NCBI GenBank assembly: GCA_951406725.2
Contig: OX597827.1
Location: 83,080,001-83,144,000, forward strand
Origin: Octopus vulgaris
Lineage: Eukaryota
Direction: 5' to 3'
Length of the DNA stretch: 64,000 bases
In this document: piece by piece, positions 50,801 to 62,831 of the stretch
Layout: each line of letters starts with the position of its first letter
Position numbering within the stretch: the stretch's first letter is position 1
Notes under the pieces: generated by a model
Seen by the model: only the letters and a program-made list of their open reading frames with translations
Database searches by the model: none
Told to the model about the DNA's origin: nothing
Made by a program: the position numbers and the translations under genes

Positions 50801-53800
50801 CAGCAGAATGGATTATTATTATTAGTAGTAGTAGTAGTAGTAGTAGTAATAGTAGTGGTGAAGTCTGGCGTAGCATGGTAAATTCCATTGTCTCGACCAC
50901 AGTCGAACGATGATGATGATGAGTAGTAGTAGTAGTAGTAGTATTATTAAGAAGACAGACAGAAAAATATTTAATATTCTTCAATAAAAACATAAAGATT
51001 ACAAAAGTGGGAGAATTAGTTCTGTAGGTGATTGAGCTTATTTAAATAGTATAAGATTGAAAGTAAATGATGATTTGGTGCGATAATTAATTGAAATAAT
51101 TATTTCAGCAACAACAGTCTTACTAGATGAAAACAATATTGTTTAATATCTAAATATCTAGAGGACAGACTAACACCCCCCCACACACACACACACACAC
51201 ATTATATTAGCTGTCAACAATGTATTTCCACCTTAATATCCTCTCAGTAACTGTAAACTAGCAAGTCAGTCCATAGCATTTTGCCTGATGTGCTAACAAT
51301 TCTGCCAACTTGCCACCTTTAACGTACTAATTATTAATCTTAATTAATCTTGTATTTTTGCTCTCACCAAGTTAAACTTCATAAAAGATTAATCAAAGCA
51401 TAAAACCGTCTTTGAAAGGTTAGGCAGTAACAACTCTATCAAACACCACAAAGAAGGGTTAGGAATCCCCTGAGACTTCCCTATTCCACAGACTGACAAA
51501 TAAAAATGATTTCTAACATCTGAGACAATAAAAACAGATTTTAGGAGTGAGAGCAATTAATTAAATCAACCTCCTTTACTTAATTTGCAGAGACTATCTT
51601 TCTTTCTAAGATTTTTCTAAACTTGTTCTTTGTCGTATACAGACACAAGAGGGTCTTCTCGACTCTAGCGTATTGTTTGGAAGCTATTTATGTCTGACTC
51701 AACAATATTTGGACAACTCTCTCACAGTGGTTGGTTAAGGGAACAATGATTCTATTATCCACACACTGTGTATCTCCAAAGACATGCAAATCCTAGCATT
51801 CGTATGTAGTGAGGAAACCCTTAATAGGGAATAGTAGAGGAATCTAGTCTCAGCAAGGTCTTGGTTGAGACAAACTTTTCTAAATCTTCTTTGTGTGTCT
51901 CCTAAATTTAGCTTTGACAAACTTTTAAAACAGTTTTAGAATTTGGTTATTTTGTTATGAAATTGAACTTTTTGGAGAGAAAAATAAAGGATTAATAATT
52001 TTTATGTAGAAATTCCCCGAGATATGTAATATTAGTTAAATGAACACACCAGCACATAAATATAAGGGATATCAAAAGAACCAGATGGGGAAGTGTTCTG
52101 TATGAGGTCACTGATGAGCCAAAAAGAGTTAAGAAACTGCTAATTTACTGTTTTCTGGCTCAGGCGTCTCACCCCAACCATATCTAAGAAGAACTGTTGA
52201 CAATATTAGGCTGAAGTCTATAATTCATAGCAACATTTGCAGAACCCCAATGTGACATTCACATATTTTATACAGTGCACAGCAATCCAATCCTATCTGA
52301 GGCCCTAAAATGATCAACCCTAATCCATGGTAAGCCATGTTTCTACAACATAAGACATTACAAACCAGAAGCTGCATCAAGAACACCACCACAACACAAC
52401 ACTGCACGTAACCCTTCTCTCTCTGCATAAAACTCACAACAAAACAACTCTGAAATAATATTTAATTTCTCTCAGTTGAATTATTGTGTTCAGTTACTAA
52501 TTATAAATCATAGAATTGCAAAAGGAATAGAGAGAAAGAGCAGTGAGAAGGGAGAGAGAGAGAGAGAGGAAAGGTTTAAAAACATCAAATAAGTTTTGTG
52601 TAAGACTGCACGAATAAATATTGGAGTGAACTCTTCTAATTACCGAAGGTGGAAATATTGAAATAGTAGTGCTGTTGACAATTCAGTTTTAGTATTGAAG
52701 AATACATCCTATGGGAAACAAATGATATAGAATGTCTAGACCAGTCAAATTGATCAGTGATCAATATTTAATAATCAATAAGAGGTAGCAGACATAGAGC
52801 GCCAGACTACACACTTTACAAGGAAAATAATATTCAAAAGTGAAGATAATGAGGATCAAAACAGAAGGATTTCATTGTAGGAGACATTTTACAACTGCCC
52901 CATGTATATTACTGGTACTGATGTTACTGAATGGCCAAGTCAATAGAGATAACACTAGAAAACAGTAAAAGGACAGAGGAAGATAAAGCTAGTGTGCTGT
53001 TATGTTTAATTTATAATAGGGTCTCTTTGACACAAACAAGGAGTTGGGGTGTTCAGGGAGAGAGAAAAATCATCGATTGAATGACATTTCTTTTAGGGTT
53101 CAGTTACATGGAAGAATTCTTCAAGGAATTGTTATGGCAAGTGTGTGTGTGAGAGAGAGAAAGCTGGTGTCTCCTTGATTTGGCATCATATGATTGTTGT
53201 AAAGAAGCATCACATACAAGTGATGTTGTTCATCTCCAATATTCCATGAAAGACATGTCTGGCCAAGAGGAACCATTACCTTACTTGGAAGCGGGTAAGA
53301 GTTACCACAAGAAGAACATCTAGCTGCTGAGAATTTGCCTCATCAAATTCTGTCTGACCCATGCATGCATGGGAAAGTGGACACTGAGATGATGTAATGA
53401 TCATGATGGGGAGTGATCTGAGATTTGGCAGCTATTTCTAGGAGGTTAAGCATCAGTTCCCTTGTTCCCACAAAACATAAGATTCAAGTGGCTTACTTGG
53501 GGATGATGATATATTTTGGCCTTGGATCATGCCTGACAGACTAGGCCTAGGAGCACAAGACCATAGCCAGGCAATTACCTATTTCCAGACATGATCTATC
53601 AACAAGCTCTTTATCCGATATGTTTTTCCTTAAAGGATTCAGGTGTGATTTGAGATGTACCAATCTACAGACTCCCTCTTCGGACTGTTTTGTTGTAGTT
53701 TAGTCCAAATTCGTCCCCTAATCAAACATAGTGCAGCCATGCCCTTCACATATTTTTATAACTCCATAACTATATCCTTTATGTCTTTCAATGTAGGATA

Positions 53801-53999
53801 TAATTTGAGAGTGATTTAGCTGCTATTTCCCAACTGGCTCAAAGTGTATTATAGTAGTAACAGAAATGCAGCTGTGTTTGTGGTATGCTGCAGGGGGGGT
53901 GGGGGTGTTCTCATGTACCTCTGTCCACATAAACTGAAACGGATTTTCTCTTGTCCCCCTGGTAATTCAAATATCCCCAACCTGATGCCTCTACACTTA

Positions 54000-55640
54000 T
54001 TCGTCTGGCTGAACTTGTTCTCTCCCTCAACTGCTTCTCATTGGTGGGGGATTTTTACCAACAGGTCATGGGAATGAGAATGGGCCCCAACGATGTGAAC
54101 CTGTTCGCTGGCTACATTGAGACCCAAATATTCTCATGATTCACTGGTCCCACACTCCTGAGCTATAATGGTTGTTATATTGATGACTGTATTGGTGCGA
54201 CCTCACTCTCTCGTGAACAACTACACTCCTTCCTCTCTTTTGTCCAAACCTTCCATCCTGCCCTCGAATTCTGCACTATTTCTAACACTTTCATCGGATT
54301 TCTCGACATTTCTGTCAACGTCCACCACTCTGCTCTCACTACCTCCATCCACAACAAACATACCCCGACTCACACTCCTACCTTAACTTCTCCTTCTCCC
54401 ACCCTACCCACACCCCCCTGTCTGTGCAGGAGCTGCAGTGACAACCATGACTCTGAGACTCAGTCTCAACTCATGGCTCACCACTTCATCATTCATGGAT
54501 ATACCCTCACCACTTGGTAGAACACGTTCCGTGGACCATGCTTCTGCTCTCTCTCTCTCTCTCCTTACACCCACTCTGCCATTGCCTGTCTCCCGGTTTT
54601 CCTCACATACCACCCCTCCAACGCACCATTCTCCAAGCCTTCTAGCGACTCCACTCCAACCCCTGCACCTCACACATCTTCCCCAACCTACCCCTTCCCT
54701 CCTTCAAACAAGCCCACAACATGCATGACCTCCTGGTCCACAGTTTCTTCACTTGGCTCGTTCCCTTGCTCCTGCCCACGCTGCCACACTCGACCCTACC
54801 TCTCCAACACCACCATCCACACAGGCACCCATCATCGTCCCTATCATATCACCAACTCCTTTACCTGCACTTCTAGCAACATCATTTACTGCATTTTCAG
54901 CTCTTTCTGCCCTTCTCTGTACATTGATCAAACAGGACCACTTGGCTGACTGGTTCACACAGCACCTCCAAGACATCAGACTCAGCAATGGTCTCGTGCC
55001 ATTTCCACTCTACCGGTCATTCACTACAACACTTGTCTGTGTTCAAATTGTCTTTGCTGTGAACAGGAATTAATCTTCTCTCTTCGCTCCATTGTGCCAC
55101 ATGGGCTCAACTTCTCCCCTCTCTTCACTCCTACCTACCTTCTCTCTTGATACCATCACCCCCTCTACCCACACACTGCCACTACTCCCGACACCCTGTC
55201 CACACAACCCCACTCCCACCACTCCACGCACATCAGCACTGACCACTTCTCAGCACCCACACCACACACCATCATCCACACACCAACACATTACAAACAC
55301 ACTAATCAAAGTCACTAGCCCCTATCCACATATGCACACATTCTCACATATAAACGCATGTGCACATTCATTTTGGGATCACCAATACTTTATTATCTCC
55401 CATTCTTTCAACCTCTCCTGTCAAATCTTTTTTTCCAACCAGTCACCATACTTAACTGCTAAATCCACAAGTTCTTTTATTCTCTCTCTGTTTATTTTCT
55501 ATTATTCCTTTCTGTTGAAGAGCATAGGCTCAAAATGTAGAAGACTTTCTCACTTTCCCGAGCGTCAAACTATTACACCTGCTTGTTGGTCCTACACCTG
55601 TTTTCGTCTTTTGCTATTCTGTAAATTTCAACGAAATATA
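54000..55640 (+). mobile_element. Penelope-like retroelement (Neptune-like), degraded
   Basis: RT remnants GMRMGP, YIDDCIG, FHPALEF, FLDI, HSYLNF; Cys-rich linker CSCPRC and FTCTSSNIIYCI...LYIDQTG (GIY-YIG). Degenerate hammerhead CTTT-CTGTTGA-aGAGC-atag-GCTC-AAAAT-GTA-GAAG at 55508-55543. Confidence 0.85.
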
Positions 55641-55652
55641 TATATATATACG

Positions 55653-55706
<54 letters not shown>

Positions 55707-55712
55707 TACGTA

Positions 55713-56975
55713 AACGAGTTGGACAAAATAATGGAAGCACCTAGCATCATTGCATCATAATTTTGAAATATCTATAAAACCATCAAAAGCTTGTTTATTT
55801 TTATGTTTTTTGATTTATTATTAGTGTTGCTTAATATGTTTTGCTAAAATGGCTGTTTCTTTTCAGATATCATCAGAAAAAGGTAATTAAAATTCATTAA
55901 AATGACAGATCTATCGGACTTTCACAGAGGTCAAATTGTTGGTGCTTGTATGGTAGGCACTAGCGTAATGAAAACAGCCGAAATGTTTGGTGTATCAAGA
56001 AGTACTGTCTCGAAAGTAATGACAGCCTTTGAGAAAGAGGGAAAAACCTCCTCGTCGAAACAAAACTCGAGAAGGAAACCAAAACTTTCAGATAGGGACC
56101 GTCGGACTCTTATGCAAATTGTAAGAAAGGATCATAAATGTACAGCTCCCAAAATTATTGCAGAGCTTAATGACTACCTCGAGAACCCAGTTTCTACAAA
56201 AAATTCACCGGGAGCTGCACAAAGCCGGATTTCATGGGCTACAATCAGAAAACAACTACTTTCAGAAACAAACGTTGCAAAGCATTTAGAGTGGAGTAAA
56301 AACCTACAGAATTGGTCCCTAAAGCAGTGGAAGAATGTTATTTTCTCAGACGAGTCATCCTTTACCTTATTTCCGACCACCAGCCAAGTATATGTGTGGA
56401 AACAGCCAAAAGAATTTGACCCAGACTGCCTTCTTCCGATTGTTAAACATGGAGGAGGATCTGTGATGATCTGGAGGGCTATATCTTGGAAATCCACCAA
56501 CCCAATGGTTTCCCTTCATGGCAGAATTAATAGTCAAGACTATTTAAGCATTTCATCTGATCAAATTCATTGTATGGTTGCAGAACTGTTTCCAGGGGGA
56601 AACGCAATCTTTCAGGATGATAATGCACCAATTCACACAGCTAAAGTTGTTACTGAATGGCATGAAGAACATTCTAGTGAAGTTGAACATTTTATCTGGC
56701 CACCACAGTCCCCAGATCTCGATATTATTGAACATTTACGGTGCATTTTAGAAAAACAAATAGGGAGTTGATATCTTCCACCATCATCACTACAAGAACT
56801 GGAGACTGTTTTAGCTGAAGAATGGACAAGAATTCCTTTGGAAACAATTCAAACTTAGTATGAGTCCATACCTCGTGGAATTAAAGCTGTAATTACTGCC
56901 AAAGGCTGTCCTACCCCATATTAAAATAAATTTGTTTCAAATTTAAGGTGTTTTTATTATTTTGTCCAACCCCTG
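55713..56975 (+). mobile_element. Second full-length copy of the DD36E Tc1-like transposon
   Basis: Same TIRs (right end TTATTTTGTCCAACCCCTG-TA). 289-aa ORF 55902-56771 with HTH and DDE motifs, compensating frameshifts and a premature stop. Confidence 0.95.
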
Positions 56976-57094
56976 TATGTATGTATGTATGTATGTATGT
57001 ATGTGTATATATATATATATATATATATACATGATGATGATGATGATATATAGATATATTAAAGATATATATATATATATCCTTTCATGCTTTT

Positions 57095-57400
57095 ATTCTT
57101 TTAAGTGATTTAGCTTTTAACGCTGCAGTCATACTGGAGCACCACCACTGGCTGTGCTACACTATTATTTCAAACCTCCTCTGATACATGGCATTTCATG
57201 AATAAGGGAGTCCGATGCTGCTGCCCCAATCTATGTTTCCTGCTTATGAGCTTTATCGGAGGAGATCCAGTTTTGTTCTGAAGACACCTACATCAATACC
57301 ATGCAGGTGTCTCATGTATTTTGGAAGGATATTGAAGAGCTGTGGGCCCTTGAAACCCAAGCTGTTGCAGTATCTGGTCCTGTATTTTGTGTCTGTGCAT
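57095..57400 (-). mobile_element. CR1/L2-like LINE 3' fragment
   Basis: Minus RTRYCNSLGFKGPQLFNILP...VFRTKLD plus the shared tail. Confidence 0.8.
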
Positions 57401-57403
57401 TAC

Positions 57404-57438
<35 letters not shown>

Positions 57439-57475
57439 CAGAGACAGACAGACAGATAGATAGATATACACATAC

Positions 57476-57669
57476 TAATAGGAGGGGGCTAAGGACTGAA
57501 CCTTGGTGGACCCCTACCTCTACCCGGAATTCTTCACTGTACTCATTGCCAACCCTCACCTTACTGACAGCGTCTCTATACATGGCTTGCACAGTTCTCA
57601 CTAACCATTCATCTATCCCTAGTTTCCACATTGATCACCAGATAAGGGATCGGGGGACCCTGTCAAAGG

Positions 57670-57670
<1 letters not shown>
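57476..57670 (-). mobile_element. RTE reverse-transcriptase fragment
   Basis: AFDRVPRSLIW...LGIDEWLVR...VGVHQGSVLSPLL. Confidence 0.9.
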
Positions 57671-57716
<46 letters not shown>

Positions 57717-57865
57717 CATTTTACTGGAGATTCTTTTCCTCTGTCTTCCTTTTCTCTTGGAATTTCCTTCCGTGAGTGTCTTCTAATACTTTGTATGTAC
57801 CACGTCATCACTTTGTTGATTTTTTCTTGTTCTGTTTGTACTTCATTTTTTGGTGGGTGGGGATT

Positions 57866-57911
<46 letters not shown>

Positions 57912-58004
57912 GTATGTATGTATGTATAATTGTTAAACAGGACAGTAAACATTATGACAAGGCAAACATCTCAAGTCATATACAATATTATTAATAAATT
58001 CAAA

Positions 58005-58060
58005 ATCTTACAGCTGTTTCTGGGATATCCTTGAATATGGGATATTCCGTCATCAGAGAC
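58005..58060 (-). ncRNA. Minimal type-I hammerhead ribozyme motif, intact core
   Basis: GTCT-CTGATGA-cGGAATATCC-loop-GGATATCCCa-GAAAC-AGCT-GTA-AGAT. Confidence 0.8.
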
Positions 58061-58355
58061 AAATAAGGAAAAAAAATAGGGAAAATGGGAATGGTATATA
58101 TTAATAAGATGACGACATAGAAGAAGTGAGTAAAAGAATAAGGAGATGGAAAGAAAGACGAAGAAAGAAGCATAGAAGTTCATAGTTCAACTTTCCAAAG
58201 TTATAGAAACCAGAGCATGAGTCCTTAGGTGCAATCCTGCATAAGATCCATGTGGGTTAAAATCCTGATATAGAAGACATCCCAAGACAAAAGATGCAAA
58301 CATATCAACGTTCAATAACACACACACATCTATATATTTATATGTGTGCATGTGT

Positions 58356-58382
<27 letters not shown>

Positions 58383-58388
<6 letters not shown>

Positions 58389-58538
58389 TTTATAGAAGGA
58401 GCTTCTACAGGACTAGAACTGTTTCATTCAAAAGAAATCATCAGGAAGCTAGGTGACAAGCTTGTCACCTAGCTTCCTGATGATTTCTTTTGAATGAAAC
58501 AGTTCTAGTCCTGTAGAAGCTCCTTCTATAAAATAAAT
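58383..58538. repeat. Perfect 156-bp palindrome (no spacer) centred on ACAAG|CTTGT
   Basis: Base-by-base symmetry about 58460/58461; (TA)n abuts the left end. Confidence 0.97.
58471..58521 (+). ncRNA. Type-I hammerhead ribozyme (identical copy on minus strand at 58400-58450)
   Basis: AGCTTC-CTGATGA-tTTC-tttt-GAAt-GAAAC-AG-ttctagtc-CT-GTA^GAAGCT: 6-bp helix I, full core, 4-bp helix III; predicted cleavage after 58515. Confidence 0.85.
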
Positions 58539-58713
58539 TAATTTACTCTGCTATGTATTGAGTACCTTATTTTCTGTGGTTAACCCCGACTCAACCTGGG
58601 ACATATATATATATTAAATATACCTATAACAGTGTAAACTTGCTAGGCCACTTTATTATTCTCATCATTATTATTTATAATGGTAATGATACCTATTTAA
58701 CTTTAAATTGTAA

Positions 58714-58759
<46 letters not shown>

Positions 58760-58761
<2 letters not shown>

Positions 58762-58990
58762 CAGCATGGTTTTCGATCAGGTAGGAGCTGCTTGACCCAG
58801 GTCCTACAGCACTATGACTGGGTGTTGAGGCAGTTACTCAACAACTCAAATGTGGACGTAATATACCTTGAGTTTGCAAAAGCTTTTGATAAAGTGGATC
58901 ATGGTATGATATGCCACAAACTGTGTGATCTCGGCATAGCTGGAAAAATTGGTGAGTGGTTACATGACTTTCTGAAAGATAGAAGCTAGG
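58760..58990 (+). mobile_element. CR1/L2-like RT fragment
   Basis: QHGFRSGRSCLTQ...VDVIYLEFAKAFDKVDHG. Confidence 0.88.
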
Positions 58991-58999
58991 GCAGTGGAA

Positions 59000-60900
59000 A
59001 ATATAAAAAGAAACACTAAAACCTTCTACAAGTTCACAAAAGAGTCTGCCTCAGTGCGATACAGGATAGGGCCACTGTTTGATGAAAAGGGCTCATTGAC
59101 TGCAGACCCCAAGAGAATAAATGAAGCAATTTAATAAACAATTCCAAAGTGTTTTCACCTCCCCACCAGAAAACATGAAAATAAGCAGACCTGATGAGTT
59201 CTTCAACACCTCCAACCTATAAGAGAGAAGATGGCAACCCTCAATTACATTGACATTACAGAAGAGGATGTATTGTCAGCCATTGATGAGATAAACCCAA
59301 ACTCTGCAACAGGCCCCGATGGACTCCCAGCAATTTTGTTAAAAACATGCAAGAAAGCTCAGAAAGCTCTTGTAAAACCACTGCAAATACCTTTCCAGAG
59401 TTCCCTTGAGTGTGGTACATTTCCTCAAACGTTAAAAGAAGGAATAATCTGCCCTGTCCACAAAGAAGGAAGCAAAGCAGTAGCTATAAACTACAGCCCT
59501 ATCTCTCTGACCTCACATGTCAGCAAGATCATGGAACGCATTGTCAGAAAAAGCCTGACCATCTTCCTAGAGGAAAATGGCTTGCTTACAGACATGCAAC
59601 ATGGTTTCCGTCCTGGAGGGAGCTGCCTAATACACCTACTACAGCACTTCGACTAGGTACTAAAACAACAGCTCTGCCATTCAAATGTAGATCTGATGTA
59701 TCTCGACTTTGCCAAGGCGTTTGACAAAGTTGATCATGGGATGATATGTCGCGACTTGCAGGACTTCAGTATCACTGGTAGACTGGGAAAGTGACTGCAT
59801 GATTTCCTAAGGGGTAGAAGTCAGGCTGTCACAGCAAATGGTGCTCTCTCTCTCAAGTGAAACCAATCCTCAGTGAAGTCCCCCAGGTAACTGTGCTGGG
59901 TTCACTACTGTTTGTGATTGCTCTCTCGGACATGCCCTCACCCATAAAGTCAGCCACACTCACCAGCTACGCTGATGATACAAAAGTATCGCAGTCAATC
60001 AAGGATCCTACTGACATCCGAAGACTGCAGAATGACATGAACGCAATATATAAATGGGCTGATAAGAATAATATGCAGTTCAATGGCACAAAATTTCAAG
60101 CACTCTGCTGTCAGCCCACAAACATACTTCATCTAAAGTACACAGATCCAGCAGGCAATGTAATCCCAGAGTTAGAGTTGGTGCATGACCTGGGAATTCA
60201 CATTAGTAACGACACAACTTTCCATGTGCACATTGCTCAGATGGCAACACTATGCAGGTGGGTGGCAGGTTGGATCCTTAGTTCCTTCAGGACCAGGAAC
60301 AGAGACACAATGCTTCTGCTTTTGAGAACCTTTGTCCTCATTCGTCTGGACTACTGCTCTCAATTGTGGTCCTTACACAGTGTAAAACTTATTGTGGAAC
60401 TAGAAGTGATCCAAAGCCACTTCACAAAGTTGGCTACTGGGAGAGATTGAGGGAACTAGGACTCTACTCCATGAAGAGGAAATGTGAGAGATATACAGTG
60501 CTATACATGTGGAAAATAATCAAGGGTCTGGCTCCAAATTTAAGAATTGAAATCTACAACAATCCCTGAACTGGATAGCACTGCACAGTACCAAAGGTCC
60601 CATCTTCTCCATCGAGGATACAAACCCAATATAGTAATAGCTTGCAATTCAAAGGACCACAAGTTTTTAATGCCCTGCCACAGAACATCAGGGATCTGCA
60701 AGGTGTAGACATGGAAGTCTTCAAAAAACATCTAGACAGTTTTCTACCTGCAATTCCAGATGAACCCACATTGTAGTGGGAGGCACATAGAAGAGCAGCA
60801 ACATCCATCTCGCTATTTCACCTGAAGCAATACTGGAAAAATACCTGAATACAGTAAAGGTAGTGCACCAGCATGGCCTCAACTTCTGGCCGAAACCCAT
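59000..60900 (+). mobile_element. CR1/L2-like LINE ORF2 (RT to 3' end), pseudogenised
   Basis: SATGPDG, NYSPISLTS, QHGFR, YLDFAKAFDKV, VPQVTVLG, YADDTK, LDYCSQLW; several stops. Confidence 0.92.
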
Positions 60901-60943
60901 AAGATATATGTGTGTGTGTGTGTGTATACATATATATGTATGT

Positions 60944-61382
60944 ATAAAATATATACATACAATATTAGATATGTACATATATGCATAAGAGTACTACAAG
61001 AGTACCTATACCACCAGTGATAGAAGTCAAAAAATACTTCTGTACCACCGAATAGTCACAAATCCATTACAGACAAGACAGGAAAAAATATCAGTGAACA
61101 ATAATAATGTCTTACCTCAAATGGGTCATAACAAGTAAATGCCTGGGTGGCACTAAATTTTGAAACCGGTGCCAAGTTGACCAGCATTTACTTGTTATGA
61201 CCCATTTGAGGTGAGACATTATTATTGTTCACTGATATTTTTTCCTGTCTTGTCTGTAATGGATTTGTGACTATTCGGTGGTACAGAAGTATTTTTTGAC
61301 TTCTATCACTGGTGGTATAGGTACTCTTGTACTACTCTTATGCATATATGTACATATCTAATATTGTATGTATATATTTTAT
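60944..61382. repeat. Near-perfect inverted repeat: 199-bp arms, 41-bp spacer
   Basis: Arms 60944-61142 and 61184-61382 with 2 mismatches by my reading. Spacer holds a GGCAC/GTGCC stem and GAAACCGGT; microsatellites on both sides. Confidence 0.95.
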
Positions 61383-61454
61383 TAATTTGCCTGTACAGCT
61401 AATAATTCGCTTACCACTTGTGATGGTATTTTAATAATACCATCCCCATATTTA

Positions 61455-61518
<64 letters not shown>

Positions 61519-61639
61519 CACACACATACACACACACACATATATATACACATAAATGTATAAACTTAACTGGAAATGGATGTGTAGCATTCAATCAAAT
61601 AATATAAATAATATATTTATACATATACATATATATATC

Positions 61640-61670
<31 letters not shown>

Positions 61671-61864
61671 GCATATATGGGTACAAGAGATCACCAACTG
61701 TGTAAACAACATGAAATACAAAAACAAATGAGTTCGATACACAAACAATGAGAGAAACAAATGGAAAATAGGACAAGTAACATAAAGAACAACTCTTCAT
61801 CAGTTGTCGGCTGTCTATCTACTCCTCATTTCAAGCATTGAGCGACAATATGAGTCTTCAAAGA

Positions 61865-62790
61865 ACCCCAGCAATGTTGCACATCTGCAGCTGGAATTGG
61901 ACTCAATCTACAGATGGGCTGCGGTTAATAATATGTAATTTAATGCTGAAAAATTCCAAGCCCTGCACTACCAGCATCCAAAACTGAATATGAAACTTAC
62001 AGAGTACACTGATCTAAAGGGAATTTCAATCCCAGAGCCTATATCAGTGAGGGACCTGGGTATCGACATGAGTGATGATACCTCTTTCCAAGTGCACATT
62101 ACCAGGATGACAACAAAGTGCAGACGACTGGATGGATCCTAAGAACATTCAGAACCAGAGATAAGGAAACCATGATGGTCCTCTAGCGGACATTCGTCCT
62201 CAGCCGCCTGGATTACTGCTCCCAGCTATGGTCACCCAATAGTGTAAAATTAACAACAGACCTTAAAGCAATCTAGTGAAGCTTCACAAAGAAGATCGTC
62301 TCTTTGCAACTGCTCAGCTATTGGGAAAGGCTGAAACAGCCAAGACCCTACTCCCTGGAGCGAAGGCTGAAGAGGTATGCAATAATATACATCTGGAAGA
62401 TTCTGGAAGGAATTGTACCAAATTTTGGCATTGAAAGCTACACCAATGCCAGAACAGGCTGACACTACATAGTGCCAAAAATCCCAGCAATGCCATCACG
62501 CTTCAGGACCAGTTACTGCAACAGCCTGGGTTTAAGAGGTCCACAGCTTTTTAATATTCTCCCAAAGAGCCTGAGAGGCCTACACAAAGTGGATGTAGGT
62601 ATTTTCAAATCAAAAGTGGGTCTCTTCCTGTCGAGTCCCATATGAGCCTACCTCGTGGCAAGAGGTGCAAATGAGGGTAGCAACATCAAACTCCCTTATT
62701 CACCAAATGCCACATATTAGAGGAAGCTCTCAATAATCATGTAGCAATACGGCAGTGCCCCAGCATGGCCACAGCTTTGAGCTGAAACTA
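61865..62790 (+). mobile_element. CR1/L2-like LINE 3' fragment
   Basis: LQLELDSIYRWA...VRDLGI...LDYCSQLWSP...GPQLFNILP and tail GTGCCCCAGCATGGCCACAG. Confidence 0.88.
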
Positions 62791-62796
62791 AAAAAA

Positions 62797-62824
<28 letters not shown>

Positions 62825-62831
<7 letters not shown>

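Noticed and set aside
52106-52160. CTGATGA...GAAAC hammerhead-like motif
   Set aside because: No convincing helix I or helix II complementarity.
55092-55760. 222-aa Thr/Pro/His-rich ORF
   Set aside because: Low-complexity PLE 3' region and (CA)n; not a gene.
61730-61850. Minus-strand CTGATGA in a PLE-tail-like segment
   Set aside because: Could not place GAAA and GTH with consistent helices; at best a degenerate remnant.
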